A stretch of DNA of 64,000 bases from assembly GCF_009914755.1 (NCBI RefSeq), contig NC_060940.1. One strand, written 5' to 3'. The notes below the pieces were generated by a model, which saw only the letters and a list, made by a program, of their open reading frames with translations, was not told the DNA's origin and did not search any database. The position numbers and the translations under genes were made by a program. Below are positions 1-15,200 of the stretch, in pieces (the stretch's first letter is position 1; every line of letters begins with the position of its first letter). This DNA is from the human T2T-CHM13v2.0 reference genome, Homo sapiens.

Positions 1-3000
1 AATTCCATGATGATTCTATTTGATTCAATTAGATGATGTTTCCATTCGAATCCATTCCATGATTATTCCATTGGAATCCATTCGGCGATGATTCCATATG
101 AGTCAATTCAATGATGATTCCATATGGGTCCGTTCGATGATAATTCCATTTGATTTCATTCGATGCTTCTATTCTATTCCAGTCGATGATGATTCCGTTG
201 GAGTCCATACGATGATTCCATTTGATTTCATTTGATGATGATTCCATTCGATGATGATTACATTGGATTCCATTCTATGATTCCATTCAATTCCATTCGT
301 TGATGATTCGATTCCCTTCAATGATGATTCCACTTGAGTTCATTCGATGATTCTATTCGATTCCGTTCGATGGAGATTCAATTCTCTTATATTGGATGAT
401 TCCACTCGATTCCATTTGATGATTATTCCATTGGAGTCCACTTAGTGAATCCTTTAGATTCTACTCGAAGATGATTCCATTCGAGTCCATTCGATGATAC
501 CATTCAATTCCATTCGTTGATGCTTCCATTCAAGTGCATTCGATGATATCATTCGATTCCATTTGATGATAATTCCATTTGATTCCATGCGATGATTCTA
601 TTCGATTCCATTCAATGATAATTCCATTCAATTCAGTGATTCCTCTGGACTCCATTTGATGATGATTCCATTCAATGATTCCATTCGATTCTATTCGAAA
701 ATGATTCCATTTGAATCCATTTGATGATGATTCCATTAGATTCCATTTGATGATTCCATTCGATTCCATTCGACGATGATTCCATTCGATTCCGTTTGAT
801 GATTCCATTCTATTCTATTCGATGATGATTCCATTCGATTCCATTCGATGATGATTGGATTCGATTCCATTTGATGATTTCATTTGATTCCATTCGTTAA
901 TGATTTCGATCAATTCCATTCGATGATTCCATTCGATTCCATTCGATAATGATTACATCCGAGTCCATTCGATGATTCCATTTGAGCCTGTTCGATAATT
1001 CCATTTGAGTCCAACCAATGATTCCATTCATTTCCATTCAATGATTCCATTCGAGTCCATTTGATCATTCCGGTTGGGTCCATTCGATGTTGATTCCATT
1101 GGAGTGCATTCGATGATTCCATTCGAGTCCATTTTAGGATTTGATTCGAGTCCTTTCGATGATTCCATTCGATTCCACTCGATGATGATTTCATTCGAGT
1201 CCATTCGACACTTCCAATCGATTCCATTTGATGATTCCATTCGAGTCCAATTGATGATTCCATTCAATTCCATTCGATGATGATTCCGTACGATTCCATT
1301 CTGTGATGATTCCTTGTGATTGCATTCAATGATGATTCCTTTCGATTGCATTCGATTATGATTCATTTCGTGTTCATTCTATGGTTCCACAGGTTTCCAT
1401 TCGTGTCCATTCCATTATTCCATTCTATTCCATTTGATGATGATTCCATTCGATTCCATTCATTGGTGATTCCACTCAATTCCATTCAATGATTCCATTC
1501 CATTTCTTTCAACAATGATTCCATTAGTTTCTAATCGATGATCCACTTGATTCCATTTGACGACGATTCCATTCTTGTCCATTCGATGATTCCATTTGAT
1601 TCCATATGATGATGATTCCATTCGATTCCATACCATGATGATTCCATTCGAGTCCATTCAATGGTGATTCCATTCAATTCCATTCGATGATTCCTTTCGA
1701 TTCCATTCGATGATGATGGCATTCGATTCCTTTCAATCATTCCCTTTGATTCCATTCAAAGGTGATTTCATTCAAGTCCATTCGATAATTGCATTCGATT
1801 CCATTCTATGATGATTCCATTCGAGTCCATTTGATGATTCCATTCAATTCAAGTCAATGATGATTCCATTCGATTCCATTCGATGATTCCATTGGATTCC
1901 ATTCGATGATGATTCCATTCAAATCCATTCGATAATTCAATTCAAGTCCATTCGATGATGATTCCAATCGAATCCATTCAAAGATTCCATTCAGTTCCAT
2001 TCGATGATTCCCTTAGATTCCATTCGATGATTCCACTTGATTGCATTTACGATGATTCCATTCGATTCCATGTGATGATTCCATTCAATTCTATTCAATG
2101 ATGTCTCCATTTGATTCCATTCGACCATGATTGCCTTTGATTCCATTCAATGATTCCATTCGGTTCCGTTTGATGATGATTCCGTTCGATTCCATTTGAT
2201 GATTCCATTTGATTCCATTGGATGAGTCCATTCGATTACATTCGATGATTATTCCATTCGAGTGCATTAGATGATTCCATTCGAGTCCATTCGATGATTC
2301 CATTCGATTCCATTCGATGTTGATTCTGTTCAAATCCATTCGATGATTCCACTCGATTCCATTCGTTGACTCCATTTGATCCCATTCGATGATTTCCTTT
2401 GATTCCCTTTGATGATCATTCCATTTGATTCAATTCGGTGATTTCATTTGATTCCATTCAGTGATGTTTCCATTCGACTCCATTCGATGATGATTCCATT
2501 CGACTCCATTCGATTATGATTTCATTCAATTCCATTCGATAATGATTCCCTTCGAGTCCATTCGATGATTCCATTCGATTCCATTCAACGATGATTTGAT
2601 TCGTGTCCATTCGATGATTCCATTTGATTCCACTTGATGATGATTCCATTCGAGTCCATTTGATGATTCCATTCAATTCCATACTCCGATGATTTCTTTT
2701 GAGCCCACTCAATGCTTCCACTCGATTCCATATGATGATGACTCCATTCGATGAAATTCGATGATGATTCCATTCGCTTGCTTTCGATGATGATTCCACT
2801 TGAGTCCGTTAGAAGATTCTATTCAATTACATTCCATGACGATTCCGTTCGAGTCCATTTGATGATTCCATTAGACTCCATTCGACGATGATTCCATTCG
2901 ATGTTATTCGATGATTCCATTCGATCTCATTCGATGATGATTCCATTCAACTCCATTCGATGTTTCCATTCGAGTTCATTCTATTATTCCATTAGATTCA

Positions 3001-6000
3001 ATTCGATGATGATTCCATTCGATTCCATTTGATGATTGCATTCTATTTCATTTGATGATGATTCCATTCGAGTCCACTCGATGATTCCATTCGAGTCCAT
3101 TTAATGAATCCATTGGTTTCAATTCTATGATGATTACATTGGATTCCATTCGTTGATGATTTCATTCGGTTCCATTCAATGATGATTCCATTCAATTCCT
3201 TTCAATGTTTCCATTCAATTCCATACGATGATGATTCCATTTGATTTGATTCGACAGTGAGCCATTCGATTCAATTCCATGATTATTCTATTTGATTCAA
3301 TTGGTTGACATTTCCATTCGATTCCATTCGATGATGATTCCCTTTGATTCCGTTCAACGATGATTCCATTCTAGCCCATTCAATCATTCCATTCGATTCT
3401 ATTCAATGATGATTCCATTCATGTCGATTTGGTGATTCCATTTGACTTCATTTGATGATGATTCCTTTCAAGTTCATTAGATGATTCCATTCGATTCCAT
3501 TTGATGATGATCCCATTCGAGTCCATTCAGTGATTCCATTCGTTTCCATTCCATGATGATTCCATTCCTTTCCATTCAATGATTCCATTCGATTCCGTTT
3601 GATGATGATTTCATTCGAGTCCATTTGATGATTCCATTTGATTCCATTCGATGATGATTCCATTCGAGTCCATTCGATGATTCTATTCGAATCCATTTGA
3701 TGATTTCTTTTGATTATATTTGGTGATGATTCCATTGGAGTCCATTCAATGATTCCATTCTATTCCAATCGATGATGATTCCATTAGAGTCCATTTAATG
3801 ATTCCATTTGATTCCAGTCTCTGATGATTACATTCGAGTCCATACGATGATTCCACTCAATTCCATATGATGATGATTCCATTTGATTCCATTCGGTGAT
3901 TCCATTCTATTCTATTCAATGGTGATTCCATTCGAGTACATTAGATGATTCCATTCGATTCCATTCAATGATGATTCTATTTGTGTCCCTTAGATGATTC
4001 CACATGATTCCATTACATGATGATACTATTTGAGCCCATCCAATGATTCCCTTCGATTCCATTCGATGAGGATTCCATTCGATTCAATTCATTGGTGATT
4101 CTATTCAATTCAATTCTTTGATTCCATTCCATTCCATTCGACAATGATTCCATTCGATTTCTTTCGATGATTCCACTTGATTCCACTTGACATTGATTCC
4201 ATTCGATTCCATTCAATGATTCCATTTGATTCCAGTGGATGATGATTGCCATCGATTCCATTCGATCACTCCATTCTATTCCATTTGATGATGATTACAT
4301 TCGATTCCATTTGATGATTCCATCTGATTCTATTCGAGGATTCCATTTGATTCCATTCGATGATGATTCCATTCGAGTCCATTCGATGATTTCATTCGAG
4401 TACATCCAATGATTCCATTCGAGTCCATTAGATGATTCCATTTGATTCCATTTGAAAATGATTCTACTAGAGTCCATTCAATGACTCCATTCGAGTCCAT
4501 TCAACAATTCCATTCGACTCCATTCGATGATTCCATTCGATTCCATTTGATGGTTCCATTCGAGTCCATTTAATCATTACAGTCGAGTCCATTTGGTGAT
4601 TCCACTGGATTTCTTTTGATAATGATACCATTCAATTACATTTGATGATGATCCCATTCAATTTCATTTGATGATGATTCCATTAGAGTCCATTCGATGA
4701 TTTCATTCGAGTCCCTTCATTGATTCCATCCGATTTCATTGGATGATGACTCCATTCGAGTCCATTCGATGTTTCCACTCGATTCCATTAGATGACTCCA
4801 TTGGAGTCCATTTGATTGTTCCATTCGATTCCATTCGATTCATTTCAAAGATTATTCCATTTGAGTCCATTCGATGATGATTCCATTCCATTCCATTCGA
4901 TGATTCCGTTTGATTCCATTCGATGATTCCCTTCGATTCCTTTCTTTGATGATTCCATTCCATTCCATTCAATGATTCCATTCGAATCTATTCCATGATG
5001 ATTCCTTTCGATTCCATTCGCTGATGTTTCCGTTCAATTCCATTCGATGATGATTCCATTCGATTCCATTCATTGAGGATTCCATTTGATTCCATTCAAT
5101 GATGATTCCATTCTATTCCATTCAATGATTGCATTCAATTCCATTCAATGATTATCCCATTAGAGTAAACTCAACGATTCCATTCAATACCATTCGATGA
5201 TGATTCCTTTTGAGTCCATTCAATGATTTCATTCAAGTCCATTTGATGATTCCTTTCAATTCCATTCTATGATGATTCCATTCGAGTCCATTCGATGATT
5301 CCATTCGATTGCATTCGATGATTCCATTATATTCCATTCAACGGTGATTCCATTCGAGTCCATTCCATGATTCCATTAGAGTACATTTAATGATTGCTTT
5401 GTTTTCAATTCGAAGATGATTACATTGGATTCCATTCTATGATACCATTCGATTCCATTCAATGATGATTCCACTCAAATCCATTGGATGATTCCATTCG
5501 TGTCCATTCGGTGATTTCATTAGATTCCATTCGAGGATGATTCCATTCGATTCCATTCGATGATTCCATTCAATTCCATTCGATGATGATTCCATTCCAG
5601 TCCATATGATCATTCCATTTGATTTCATTCGATGATGATTCCATTCGATTCGATTCGACGATTCCATTCTATTCCATTCGATGATGATTCCATTCGAGTC
5701 CATTCGATCATTCCATTCGAGTCCATTTAATGATTCCATTGGGTTCAATTCAATGATGATTACATTGGATTCCGTTCTATGATTCCATTCAATTCCGTTC
5801 ATTGACAATTTGATTCCATTCGATGATGATTCCATTTGAGTTCATTCGATGATTCTATTCGATTCTCTTCGATGGTGATTCAATTCTATTATATTGGATG
5901 ATTCCATTCGATTCCATTTGATGTTGATTCAATTCGATTCTATTCGATGATGATTCCATTGGATTTCACTTGATGATTCTATTCGATTCCATTCAATGAT

Positions 6001-6112
6001 GATTCACTTCTCGTCCATTGGATGATTCCATTTCATTCCATTCGATGATGATTCCATTCGATTCCATTCGATGATTCCATTTGATTCCATGCGACGGTGA
6101 GCAATTCGATTC
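1..6112 (+). repeat. HOR copy 1, 6,112 bp (type A; arbitrary phase set at window start)
   Basis: AATTCCATGATGATTCTATTTGATTCAATTAG at 1 recurs at 6113; ORF-track landmarks shift by exactly 6,112 (29->6141, 530->6642, 5437->11549). Confidence 0.95.
21..31 (-). promoter_or_regulatory. Candidate DUX4 double-homeodomain site TAATTGAATCA (first of 11 equivalent copies)
   Basis: The + strand reads TGATTCAATTA, whose reverse complement TAATTGAATCA matches the DUX4 consensus TAAYBBAATCA. Also at 6133, 12245, 18357, 24459, 30561, 41842, 45573, 49874, 55986 and 62016. Motif match only; binding is not shown. Confidence 0.5.
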
Positions 6113-9100
6113 AATTCCATGATGATTCTATTTGATTCAATTAGATGATGTTTCCATTCGAATCCATTCCATGATTATTCCATTGGAATCCATTTGGCGA
6201 TGATTCCATATGAGTCAATTCAATGATGATTCCATATGGGTCCGTTCGATGATAATTCCATTTGATTTCATTCGATGCTTCTATTCTATTCCAGTCGATG
6301 ATGATTCCGTTGGAGTCCATACGATGATTCCATTTGATTTCATTTGATGATGATTCCATTCGATGATGATTACATTGGATTCCATTCTATGATTCCATTC
6401 AATTCCATTCGTTGATGATTCGATTCCATTCAATGATGATTCCATTTGAGTTCATTCGATGATTCTATTCGATTCCGTTCGATGGTGATTCAATTCTATT
6501 ATATTGGATGATTCCACTCGATTCCATTTGATGATTATTCCATTGGAGTCCACTTAGTGAATCCTTTAGATTCTACTCGACGATGATTCCATTCGAGTCC
6601 ATTCGATGATACCATTCAATTCCATTCGTTGATGCTTCCATTCAAGTGCATTCGATGATATCATTCGATTCCATTTGATGATAATTCCATTTGATTCCAT
6701 GCGATGATTCTATTCGATTCCATTCAATGATAATTCCATTCAATTCAGTGATTCCTCTGGACTCCATTTGATGATGATTCCATTCAATGATTCCATTCGA
6801 TTCTATTCGAAAATGATTCCATTTGAATCCATTTGATGATGATTCCATTAGATTCCATTTGATGATTCCATTCGATTCCATTCGACGATGATTCCATTCG
6901 ATTCCGTTTGATGATTCCATTCTATTCTATTTGATGATGATTCCATTCGATTCCATTCGATGATGATTGGATTCGATTCCATTGGATGATTTCATTTGAT
7001 TCCATTCGTTAATGATTTCGATCAATTCCATTCGATGATTCCATTCGATTCCATTCGATAATGATTACATCCGAGTCCATTCGATGATTCCCTTTGAGCC
7101 TGTTCGATAATTCCATTTGAGTCCAACCAATGATTCCATTCATTTCCATTCAATGATTCCATTCGAGTCCATTTGATCATTCCGGTAGGGTCCATTCGAT
7201 GTTGATTCCATTGGAGTGCATTCGATGATTCCATTCGAGTCCATTTTAGGATTTGATTCGAGTCCTTTCGATGATTCCATTCGATTCCACTCGATGATGA
7301 TTTCATTCGAGTCCATTCGACACTTCCAATCGATTCCATTTGATGATTCCATTCGAGTCCAATTGATGATTCCATTCAATTCCATTCGATGATGATTCCG
7401 TACGATTCCATTCTGTGATGATTCCATGTGATTGCATTCAATGATGATTCCTTTCGATTGCATTCGATTATGATTCATTTCGTGTTCATTCTATGGTTCC
7501 ACAGGTTTCCATTCGTGTCCATTCCATTATTCCATTCTATTCCATTTGATGATGATTCCATTCGATTCCATTCATTGGTGATTCCACTCAATTCCATTCA
7601 ATGATTCCATTCCATTTCTTTCAACAATGATTCCATTAGTTTCTAATCGATGATCCACTTGATTCCATTTGACGACGATTCCATTCTTGTCCATTCGATG
7701 ATTCCATTTGATTCCATATGATGATGATTCCATTCGATTCCATACCATGATGATTCCATTCGAGTCCATTCAATGGTGATTCCATTCAATTCCATTCGAT
7801 GATTCCTTTTGATTCCATTCGATGATGATGGCATTCGATTCCTTTCAATCATTCCCTTTGATTCCATTCAAAGGTGATTTCATTCAAGTCCATTCGATAA
7901 TTGCATTCGATTCCATTCTATGATGATTCCATTCGAGTCCATTTGATGATTCCATTCAATTCAAGTCAATGATGATTCCATTCGATTCCATTCGATGATT
8001 CCATTGGATTCCATTCGATGATGATTCCATTCAAATCCATTCGATAATTCAATTCAAGTCCATTCGATGATGATTCCAATCGAATCCATTCAAAGATTCC
8101 ATTCAGTTCCATTCGATGATTCCCTTAGATTCCATTCGATGATTCCACTTGATTGCATTTACGATGATTCCATTCGATTCCATGTGATGATTCCATTCAA
8201 TTCTATTCAATGATGTCTCCATTTGATTCCATTCGACCATGATTGCCTTTGATTCCATTCAATGATTCCATTCGGTTCCGTTTGATGATGATTCCGTTCG
8301 ATTCCATTTGATGATTCCATTTGATTCCATTGGATGAGTCCATTCGATTACATTCGATGATTATTCCATTCGAGTGCATTAGATGATTCCATTCGAGTCC
8401 ATTCGATGATTCCATTCGATTCCATTCGATGTTGATTCTGTTCAAATCCATTCGATGATTCCACTCGATTCCATTCGTTGACTCCATTTGATCCCATTCG
8501 ATGATTTCCTTTGATTCCCTTTGATGATCATTCCATTTGATTCAATTCGGTGATTTCATTTGATTCCATTCAGTGATGTTTCCATTCGACTCCATTCGAT
8601 GATGATTCCATTCGACTCCATTCGATTATGATTTCATTCAATTCCATTCGATAATGATTCCCTTCGAGTCCATTCGATGATTCCATTCGATTCCATTCAA
8701 CGATGATTTGATTCGTGTCCATTCGATGATTCCATTTGATTCCACTTGATGATGATTCCATTCGAGTCCATTTGATGATTCCATTCAATTCCATACTCCG
8801 ATGATTTCTTTTGAGCCCACTCAATGCTTCCACTCGATTCCATATGATGATGACTCCATTCGATGAAATTCGATGATGATTCCATTCGCTTGCTTTCGAT
8901 GATGATTCCACTTGAGTCCGTTAGAAGATTCTATTCAATTACATTCCATGACGATTCCGTTCGAGTCCATTTGATGATTCCATTAGACTCCATTCGACGA
9001 TGATTCCATTCGATGTTATTCGATGATTCCATTCGATCTCATTCGATGATGATTCCATTCAACTCCATTCGATGTTTCCATTCGAGTTCATTCTATTATT

Positions 9101-12100
9101 CCATTAGATTCCATTCGATGATGATTCCATTCGATTCCATTTGATGATTGCATTCTATTTCATTTGATGATGATTCCATTCGAGTCCACTCGATGATTCC
9201 ATTCGAGTCCATTTAATGAATCCATTGGTTTCAATTCTATGATGATTACATTGGATTCCATTCGTTGATGATTTCATTCGGTTCCATTCAATGATGATTC
9301 CATTCAATTCCTTTCAATGTTTCCATTCAATTCCATACGATGATGATTCCATTTGATTTGATTCGACAGTGAGCCATTCGATTCAATTCCATGATGATTC
9401 TATTTGATTCAATTGGTTGACATTTCCATTCGATTACATTCGATGATGATTCCCTTTGATTCCGTTCAAAGATGATTCCATTCTAGCCCATTCAATCATT
9501 CCATTCGATTCTATTCAATGATGATTCCATTCATGTCGATTTGGTGATTCCATTTGACTTCATTTGATGATGATTCCTTTCAAGTTCATTAGATGATTCC
9601 ATTCGATTCCATTTGATGATGATCCCATTCGAGTCCATTCAGTGATTCCATTCGTTTCCATTCCATGATGATTCCATTCCTTTCCATTCAATGATTCCAT
9701 TCGATTCCGTTTGATGATGATTTCATTCGAGTCCATTTGATGATTCCATTTGATTCCATTCGATGATGATTCCATTCGAGTCCATTCGATGATTCTATTC
9801 GAATCCATTTGATGATTTCTTTTGATTATATTTGGTGATGATTCCATTGGAGTCCATTCAATGATTCCATTCTATTCCAATCGATGATGATTCCATTAGA
9901 GTCCATTTAATGATTCCATTTGATTCCAGTCTCTGATGATTACATTCGAGTCCATACGATGATTCCACTCAATTCCATATGATGATGATTCCATTTGATT
10001 CCATTCGGTGATTCCATTCTATTCTATTCAATGGTGATTCCATTCGAGTACATTAGATGATTCCATTCGTTTCCATTCAATGATGATTCTATTTGTGTCC
10101 CTTAGATGATTCCACATGATTCCATTAGATGATGATACTATTTGAGCCCATCCAATGATTCCCTTCGATTCCATTCGATGAGGATTCCATTCGATTCAAT
10201 TCATTGGTGATTCTATTCAATTCAATTCTTTGATTCCATTCCATTCCATTCGACAATGATTCCATTCGATTTCTTTCGATGATTCCACTCGATTCCACTT
10301 GACATTGATTCCATTCGATTCCATTCATTGATTCCATTTGATTCCAGTGGGTGATGATTGCCATCGATTCCATTCGATCACTCCATTCTATTCCATTTGA
10401 TGATGATTACATTCGATTCCATTTGATGATTCCATCTGATTCTATTCGAGGATTCCATTTGATTCCATTCGATGATGATTCCATTCGAGTCCATTCGATG
10501 ATTTCATTCGAGTACATCCAATGATTCCATTCGAGTCCATTAGATGATTCCATTTGATTCCATTTGAAAATGATTCTACTAGAGTCCATTCAATGACTCC
10601 ATTCGAGTCCATTCAACAATTCCATTCGACTCCATTCGATGATTCCATTCGATTCCATTTGATGGTTCCATTCGAGTCCATTTAATCATTACAGTCGAGT
10701 CCATTTGGTGATTCCACTGGATTTCTTTTGATAATGATACCATTCAATTGCATTTGATGATGATCCCATTCAATTTCATTTGATGATGATTCCATTAGAG
10801 TCCATTCGATGATTTCATTCGAGTCCCTTCATTGATTCCATCCGATTTCATTGGATGATGACTCCATTCGAGTCCATTCGATGTTTCCACTCGATTCCAT
10901 TAGATGACTCCATTGGAGTCCATTTGATTGTTCCATTCGATTCCATTCGATTCCTTTCAAAGATTATTCCATTTGAGTCCATTCGATGATGATTCCATTC
11001 CATTCCATTCGATGATTCCGTTTGATTCCATTCGATGATTCCCTTCGATTCCTTTCTTTGATGATTCCATTCCATTCCATTCAATGATTCCATTCGAATC
11101 TATTCCATGATGATTCCTTTCGATTCCATTCGCTGATGTTTCCGTTCAATTCCATTCGATGATGATTCCATTCGATTCCATTCATTGAGGATTCCATTTG
11201 ATTCCATTCAATGATGATTCCATTCTATTCCATTCAATGATTGCATTCAATTCCATTCAATGATTATCCCATTAGAGTAAACTCAACGATTCCATTCAAT
11301 ACCATTCGATGATGATTCCTTTTGAGTCCATTCAATGATTTCATTCAAGTCCATTTGATGATTCCTTTCAATTCCATTCTATGATGATTCCATTCGAGTC
11401 CATTCGATGATTCCATTCGATTGCATTCGATGATTCCATTATATTCCATTCAACGGTGATTCCATTCGAGTCCATTCCATGATTCCATTAGAGTACATTT
11501 AATGATTGCTTTGTTTTCAATTCGAAGATGATTACATTGGATTCCATTCTATGATACCATTCGATTCCATTCAATGATGATTCCACTCAAATCCATTGGA
11601 TGATTCCATTCGTGTCCATTCGGTGATTTCATTAGATTCCATTCGAGGATGATTCCATTCGATTCCATTCGATGATTCCATTCAATTCCATTCGATGATG
11701 ATTCCATTCCAGTCCATATGATCATTCCATTTGATTTCATTCGATGATGATTCCATTCGATTCGATTCGACGATTCCATTCTATTCCATTCGATGATGAT
11801 TCCATTCGAGTCCATTCGATCATTCCATTCGAGTCCATTTAATGATTCCATTGGGTTCAATTCAATGATGATTACATTGGATTCCGTTCTATGATTCCAT
11901 TCAATTCCGTTCATTGACAATTTGATTCCATTCGATGATGATTCCATTTGAGTTCATTCGATGATTCTATTCGATTCTCTTCGATGGTGATTCAATTCTA
12001 TTATATTGGATGATTCCATTCGATTCCATTTGATGTTGATTCAATTCGATTCTATTCGATGATGATTCCATTGGATTTCACTTGATGATTCTATTCGATT

Positions 12101-12224
12101 CCATTCAATGATGATTCACTTCTCGTCCATTGGATGATTCCATTTCATTCCATTCGATGATGATTCCATTCGATTCCATTCGATGATTCCATTTGATTCC
12201 ATGCGACGGTGAGCAATTCGATTC
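6113..12224 (+). repeat. HOR copy 2, 6,112 bp (type A)
   Basis: Landmarks shift by 6,112 (6141->12253, 10848->16960); only scattered substitutions versus copy 1. Confidence 0.95.
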
Positions 12225-15200
12225 AATTCCATGATGATTCTATTTGATTCAATTAGATGATGTTTCCATTCGAATCCATTCCATGATTATTCCATTGGAA
12301 TCCATTCGGCGATGATTCCATATGAGTCAATTCAATGATGATTCCATATGGGTCCGTTCGATGATAATTCCATTTGATTTCATTCGATGCTTCTATTCTA
12401 TTCCAGTCGATGATGATTCCGTTGGAGTCCATACGATGATTCCATTTGATTTCATTTGATGATGATTCCATTCGATGATGATTACATTGGATTCCATTCT
12501 ATGATTCCATTCAATTCCATTCGTTGATGATTCGATTCCATTCAATGATGATTCCATTTGAGTTCATTCGATGATTCTATTCGATTCCGTTCGATGGTGA
12601 TTCAATTCTATTATATTGGATGATTCCACTCGATTCCATTTGATGATTATTCCATTGGAGTCCACTTAGTGAATCCTTTAGATTCTACTCGACGATGATT
12701 CCATTCGAGTCCATTCGATGATACCATTCAATTCAATTCGTTGATGCTTCCATTCAAGTGCATTCGATGATATCATTCGATTCCATTTGATGATAATTCC
12801 ATTTGATTCCATGCGATGATTCTATTCGATTCCATTCAATGATAATTCCATTCAATTCAGTGATTCCTCTGGACTCCATTTGATGATGATTCCATTCAAT
12901 GATTCCATTCGATTCTATTCGAAAATGATTCCATTTGAATCCATTTGATGATGATTCCATTAGATTCCATTTGATGATTCCATTCGATTCCATTCGACGA
13001 TGATTCCATTCGATTCCGTTTGATGATTCCATTCTATTCTATTTGATGATGATTCCATTCGATTCCATTCGATGATGATTGGATTCGATTCCATTGGATG
13101 ATTTCATTTGATTCCATTCGTTAATGATTTCGATCAATTCCATTCGATGATTCCATTCGATTCCATTCGATAATGATTACATCCGAGTCCATTCGATGAT
13201 TCCCTTTGAGCCCGTTCGATAATTCCATTTGAGTCCAACCAATGATTCCATTCATTTCCATTCAATGATTCCATTCGAGTCCATTTGATCATTCCGGTAG
13301 GGTCCATTCGATGTTGATTCCATTGGAGTGCATTCGATGATTCCATTCGAGTCCATTTTAGGATTTGATTCGAGTCCTTTCGATGATTCCATTCGATTCC
13401 ACTCGATGATGATTTCATTCGAGTCCATTCGACACTTCCAATCGATTCCATTTGATGATTCCATTCGAGTCCAATTGATGATTCCATTCAATTCCATTCG
13501 ATGATGATTCCGTACGATTCCATTCTGTGATGATTCCATGTGATTGCATTCAATGATGATTCCTTTCGATTGCATTCGATTATGATTCATTTCGTGTTCA
13601 TTCTATGGTTCCACAGGTTTCCATTCGTGTCCATTCCATTATTCCATTCTATTCCATTTGATGATGATTCCATTCGATTCCATTCATTGGTGATTCCACT
13701 CAATTCCATTCAATGATTCCATTCCATTTCTTTCAACAATGATTCCATTAGTTTCTAATCGATGATCCACTTGATTCCATTTGACGACGATTCCATTCTT
13801 GTCCATTCGATGATTCCATTTGATTCCATATGATGATGATTCCATTCGATTCCATACCATGATGATTCCATTCGAGTCCATTCAATGGTGATTCCATTCA
13901 ATTCCATTCGATGATTCCTTTTGATTCCATTCGATGATGATGGCATTCGATTCCTTTCAATCATTCCCTTTGATTCCATTCAAAGGTGATTTCATTCAAG
14001 TCCATTCGATAATTGCATTCGATTCCATTCTATGATGATTCCATTCGAGTCCATTTGATGATTCCATTCAATTCAAGTCAATGATGATTCCATTCGATTC
14101 CATTCGATGATTCCATTGGATTCCATTCGATGATGATTCCATTCAAATCCATTCGATAATTCAATTCAAGTCCATTCGATGATGATTCCAATCGAATCCA
14201 TTCAAAGATTCCATTCAGTTCCATTCGATGATTCCCTTAGATTCCATTCGATGATTCCACTTGATTGCATTTACGATGATTCCATTCGATTCCATGTGAT
14301 GATTCCATTCAATTCTATTCAATGATGTCTCCATTTGATTCCATTCGACCATGATTGCCTTTGATTCCATTCAATGATTCCATTCGGTTCCGTTTGATGA
14401 TGATTCCGTTCGATTCCATTTGATGATTCCATTGGATTCCATTGGATGAGTCCATTCGATTACATTCGATGATTATTCCATTCGAGTGCATTAGATGATT
14501 CCATTCGAGTCCATTCGATGATTCCATTCGATTCCATTCGATGTTGATTCTGTTCAAATCCATTCGATGATTCCACTCGATTCCATTCGTTGACTCCATT
14601 TGATCCCATTCGATGATTTCCTTTGATTCCCTTTGATGATCATTCCATTTGATTCAATTCGGTGATTTCATTTGATTCCATTCAGTGATGTTTCCATTCG
14701 ACTCCATTCGATGATGATTCCATTCGACTCCATTCGATTATGATTTCATTCAATTCCATTCGATAATGATTCCCTTCGAGTCCATTCGATGATTCCATTC
14801 GATTCCATTCAACGATGATTTGATTCGTGTCCATTCGATGATTCCATTTGATTCCACTTGATGATGATTCCATTCGAGTCCATTTGATGATTCCATTCAA
14901 TTCCATACTCCGATGATTTCTTTTGAGCCCACTCAATGCTTCCACTCGATTCCATATGATGATGACTCCATTCGATGAAATTCGATGATGATTCCATTCG
15001 CTTGCTTTCGATGATGATTCCACTTGAGTCCGTTAGAAGATTCTATTCAATTACATTCCATGACGATTCCGTTCGAGTCCATTTGATGATTCCATTAGAC
15101 TCCATTCGACGATGATTCCATTCGATGTTATTCGATGATTCCATTCGATCTCATTCGATGATGATTCCATTCAACTCCATTCGATGTTTCCATTCGAGTT

